From positions 1,455,012 to 1,471,917 of the forward strand of contig JAWQFM010000008.1 in NCBI GenBank assembly GCA_033442325.1: 16,906 nucleotides of DNA, given 5' to 3'. This DNA comes from Salpingoeca rosetta. Lineage: Eukaryota; Protista; Choanoflagellata. This document shows positions 12,785 to 16,906 of the stretch, one piece after another (the stretch's first letter is position 1; each line of letters begins with the position of its first letter). A program made the position numbers and the translations under genes. Below the pieces are notes generated by a model that was not told the DNA's origin, did not search any database, and saw only the letters and a program-made list of their open reading frames with translations.

Positions 12785-15700
12785 ATGGGGGACAAGGACG
12801 GCAGCATCAACACGCACGGCGTGTGCGCAGCTGGGATCCGGGCGTTCCTGACAGATCTTCAAGATGCGTTTCCTGACTCCTACCAGGACTTGACGACTCA
12901 AGAGGCGTGTACCTCGCTCGTGGTTCCTCGTACAAAGGAGAGCGAGTGTGCATACCTTGAGGTGATGCGGGCAGCAGATGCAGCACTTGTTGCCCCAGCA
13001 ACTGTGTTTGTGTCCCATGCTTGGCGATACAAGATCGCTGATGTGTTGACAACCCTGCTCGAGTTTGCAAAGGAAGAGAAGGATCGCACGGGTGAAGAGC
13101 CCTTCTTCTGGTTTGATCTCTTTGTCAACAACCAACACACGAATGTCACTGCCAACTTACCGCAAGAATGGTGCGTTCACACACGTCTGTGTCTGCGTCT
13201 GTGTCTGTGTGTCTGCGTGCATGCTTGCGTCTGTGTGCGCGTCTGTACCTGTGTGTGTGTGTGTGTGTGTATCTGTGCGTGTCTGCGCCTGCGTCTTTGT
13301 GCTCGCTTGCATCTGTGCGTGTCAGCATGTGTGCCTCCCTGTACAAGTGTGTGTGTGTGTGTGTGGTTGTGGTCACGTCTGCACACCTGTCTTGTTGTTT
13401 TGTTGACAATCTCCGTCTCTCTCTCTCTCTCTCTCACACACACTCTCTCTCTTCTCTTCTCTTCTCTTCTCTTCTCTTCTCTCTCGCTTCTCTGTGTTCG
13501 TCATTGATTGGCTACAGGTGGAGCACCACGTTCAAGGACTCCATTGCTGCTATCGGCAAAGTGCTGCTTGTGCTGACCCCCTGGAACAATCCTGTGCCGC
13601 TCACCCGTGCGTGGTGTTTGTGGGAAGTATTCTGCAGCATCAGCCAAGACAACGTCGGGCTGGCAATTCGCCTGCCAGCGCAGCAACACTCTGCATTCAT
13701 GCAGGCGATTGTGGATAACTTTGAGGTTGTCACCGACATGCTCGTGGAGGTGCGCGCTGAGAAGGCGGATGCCTGGGATCCGGCCGACAAGGACATGATT
13801 TTTCATGCCATCCAGTCTTCCGTTGGCTTTGCAGCCCTGAACAAGGCCGTCAAAGACCAGATGCGAGCGTGGTGTCTCAACAATGCCATCGGCTTTGTCA
13901 CGAGTATGGAGAAGGACTACGAGCAGCAGCAACAACAGCAGCAGCAGCACACGCCGAGAAAAGCAACAGCACCTGCAGCGAAGCCGAACGTCAGTGTGCA
14001 GAAGGAGACAGAGTCGGTCGTGCAGTGCGAAGATGGGCCTCCACAAGCACCTGCACAGAACGTAGCAGATGCGCCAGCGACCGACGATGACATCGACGAC
14101 GAAGACATGCTCGCGCACAACTTCTCTCGGCTGTGCATGCAAGTCGGCGCTATTCTCCTCATGTTTGGTGATCACGACCGCGCCATTGAGATGCTGGAGA
14201 AGGCACTGGCCATTTTCAAACGACTTTGGGGTGGTGAACATGCGCAGATCGCAACCGCGTACACGACGCTTGGCGCGGCATACAGCGCGAAAAGTGACTA
14301 CTCCCGCGCCATGGAGGCCCTGCAGGCCGGCCTGGGCATGCAGCTGCGCATTAACGGCGAGGAGCACGAGAGCACTGCATCCACCTACAACACGCTCGGC
14401 TCCACTTGCATCAGCATGGGCGACTATGACCGAGGGATTGAGTACCAGGAGAAGGCGCTCAAGGTCCGGACCACTGTGCTTGGCCCCGACAACGTGAAGA
14501 CGGCCACAGCACACAACAACCTCGCCAGAGGTCTGTTTGAGAAGGGCGACTACAAACGCACCATTGAGCACTTTGAGGAGGCGGTCCGCATCAGCTGTGC
14601 TGCAAGCAAGGACGGTGACAAGCACCCAAACACGGGCGCCACCTACAACAACCTCGGCCGCACCTATGACGCACTCGGGGACTACGACAAGGCGCTGGCA
14701 TCGTATCAGCGCGCTGTGGAGGTGTTCTGCGACACGCTTGGCGAGGATCACAGCACAACGGGCCTGGCATACGGCAACATTGGCACCGTCCACGACAGCA
14801 AGGGTGACTACGACAGGGCGGTGGAATACTTTGAGAAGGCGATCGCAATCGTTGTGGCTGCGCTTGGTGACGAGCACCCGAGTGTGGCCAACCTCTACAA
14901 CAGCATGGCGTCAGCTTTCATGGGACAGGGCCGCTACGACCAGGCGCTTCAGATGTACGAGAAGGACCTGCAGATCACGCAGGCCTCGCTCGGCGAGTGG
15001 CACATGGGCACTGCGGCAAGCTACGGCGGACTGGGGTCGGCGTACCGCGCGCTTGGCGAATACGACCGCGCTATTGAGATGTATGAGAAGGACTTGGCCA
15101 TCGGTGTTCGCGTGATGGGCGAGAAGCACCCAGATGTGGCAACGACGTACTCCAACCTCGGCGCCGCATACAGCAACAAAGGAGAGCACGACCGCGCCAT
15201 CGAGCACTTCATCAAGTGCTTGGAGATTACCATTGCCGCCTTTGGGAACGAGCACCCTGACGTGGCCACATGCCTCAACAACCTCGGCAGTGCTTACACC
15301 TCCATCGGCGCCGCAGATGATGCAGTGGAGTTCCTGCACAGGGCTGTGGAGATTCGGTCGGCAGTGCTGGGCAACATGCATCCTGAGACAGCTGTTGCTG
15401 TGTCGAACCTTGGCCGCGCCTTGCGTGCGACTGGCGATGACGACCAGGCCCTTGAATGCTTTGAGCTCGCGCTTGAGATCAATCGCCGTGTGCTTGGGGA
15501 CGACCACCCCAGCACTGCGCGGGCACTGAACAGCATCGGCCATGTGTCCAAAGGCAAGGGCGACTTTGCAACAGCGGTGGAGGCTTACAAATGCGCAGCA
15601 AGAATTATGGAAGCAAGCTTTGGTGCTGACCATCCACACACATGCGTGGTCAAAGCCAACCTTCAAGAGGCTCAAGCTGCGCTTGATGAAGCTACCAGCG

Positions 15701-16267
15701 CGTCACAATCTCAGACTCCTGTGAGTTCGTTTGTTGTTTTGTGTGATGTGTGCGTGATGTGTGTGTGTGTGTGCGAGGTGGGTGTGTGTGTGTCTGTGTG
15801 TACGCGTGATGTGTGTATGTGTGTGTGCTTGCTTGCGCTGCTGGCTGTGTTTGTTTTATTCCACACTCATCTTGCCTGACTGACTGATGCATTTTGTGCA
15901 GGCCGTGCGTCCTGGGCGCCTGTCAGGCTGGCTGAGGAAGCGCGGGTTGTGGAACACAGCATTTCAAACACGCTGGTTTGTGCTCACGGATGATGCTCTC
16001 ATCTACTACAGGACCCAGCACGACCGAGTGCACAAGGGAAAGATCAACCTCAACCTCATCACAAAGTCCGAGTTGAAACAGAAACAGCACCAACGGCCCC
16101 GCTCCAGCTCCAGCTCAACCGATGCGGATGTTGTTGTCAATGAACTTCACATCACCGTTCCCGGCCGAACCTTTGTCATTCGCGTTGACGAGCGCTCCGA
16201 TCAGACACTCGCCGAGTGGGCTGAGGCTATCCATCAAGCCCAGGCACAGAGGCGTATTGGAAAGTGA
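12785..16267 (+). CDS. TIR/HET-like domain - 12x TPR (42-aa, kinesin-light-chain type) - PH domain protein, ~984 aa
   Basis: Exons 12785-13170, 13518-15720, 15902-16267; GT-AG, phases 2 and 0 consistent (joins QEW|WSTTF and SQTP|AVRPG). N-terminal motifs FVSHAW, WFDLFVNNQH, LTRAWCLWE; TPR array; PH motifs GWLRKRG...RWFVL...LIYY...KGKINL...EWAEAI. Confidence 0.9.
14122..15639 (+). repeat. Array of 12 diverged 42-aa TPR repeats (126-nt period; repeat 4 has 2 extra aa)
   Basis: Consensus tAxxYnnLGxaYxxxGdYDrAieyyEKAlxIxxxxLGeeHPx; 506 codons = 12x42+2, followed by a capping helix. Confidence 0.93.
15902..16267 (+). other. PH domain encoded by a single terminal exon
   Basis: beta1 GWLRKRG, beta2 RWFVL, beta3 LIYY and a C-terminal helix with the invariant Trp (EWAEAI); acceptor ttttgtgcag preceded by ctgac branch-like motifs. 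Confidence 0.9.
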
Positions 16268-16906
16268 CCGATTGGCCTCATCCATTGTTGTCTCGTGTTG
16301 ATTTGTGTTGTGTGTCAACCTTGATCGAGTGGATTTCGCCCAGATCGTCCGCTGTTGCTCTCGTTATTCCCTTCCTGTTGACGCTCCACGACAATGGTCG
16401 CGTAAGCACTGTTACCTGCTGTGGTGTACTTTCAAGCCGCCGCCAGTGCTTTGTCTGGTCTTTCCATCTCGTTGGTTGTTTGCTGCTCTCGTTAGTGTGC
16501 CAAGACGCCCTGCCCTGCTCGGTTCACGTCCCAGGCCCTCCTGTTACAGTTAGTTGAGACACGACAAGTGTGTGTGTGTGTGTTTACTGTAGGCAAACGC
16601 AACAAACAAGAACACAAGGAGAATGAACAAGCACAACAAGCTGCTGCCAAATCAACTCGGGCAGCACGCTCAAACAAACACAAGACAAGTGCACACACAG
16701 TCAATGACGCTGCCAAGGCGACATGGGCAGAGTGTGCACGAACACAAACAATCTAAACAATGAACAGCATGCATACATGCGCGCAGAGCAGTGCTAGGCA
16801 TGGCATGAATGCTTGCAGGCAAGCATACACAACAGACACACTTCACAACACTGCATGGCACGCAGGCATGGCATTTGCCAAGCATAACGGGCATGCACAC
16901 ACACAC

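Noticed and set aside
13501-15675. Long antisense ORFs (458 aa, 254 aa) opposite the TPR exon
   Set aside because: Shadow ORFs of a GC-rich, codon-biased coding strand, with no recognisable motifs.
16268-16906. Short ORFs and TGCA/CATG-rich tract at the window end
   Set aside because: No coding signature; consistent with 3' UTR or intergenic low-complexity sequence.

Overview
Intron-rich eukaryotic genomic DNA, dense in (GT/CA)n, (CAA)n and (CAG)n microsatellites, with a 556-nt assembly gap (4965-5520). The intron style and the TPR gene family suggest a choanoflagellate such as Salpingoeca rosetta (inference). Most listed ORFs are microsatellite artefacts. Phase-checked manual splicing supports four genes in two head-to-head pairs. 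(1) Minus-strand eIF4H/eIF4B-like RRM protein with an (RGGFEQ)6 repeat, 3' end outside the window. (2) Plus-strand divergent importin-alpha/TMCO6-like ARM protein, interrupted by the gap. (3) Minus-strand KDM6 (UTX/JMJD3)-like JmjC + C4 zinc-finger protein whose first Fe-ligand His is Arg. (4) Plus-strand ~984-aa protein with a TIR/HET-like N-terminal domain retaining the WCxxE glutamate, 12 x 42-aa TPRs and a C-terminal PH domain. Gene 4 (candidate NTPase-less immune/cell-death receptor) and gene 3 (candidate pseudo-demethylase) are the most interesting.
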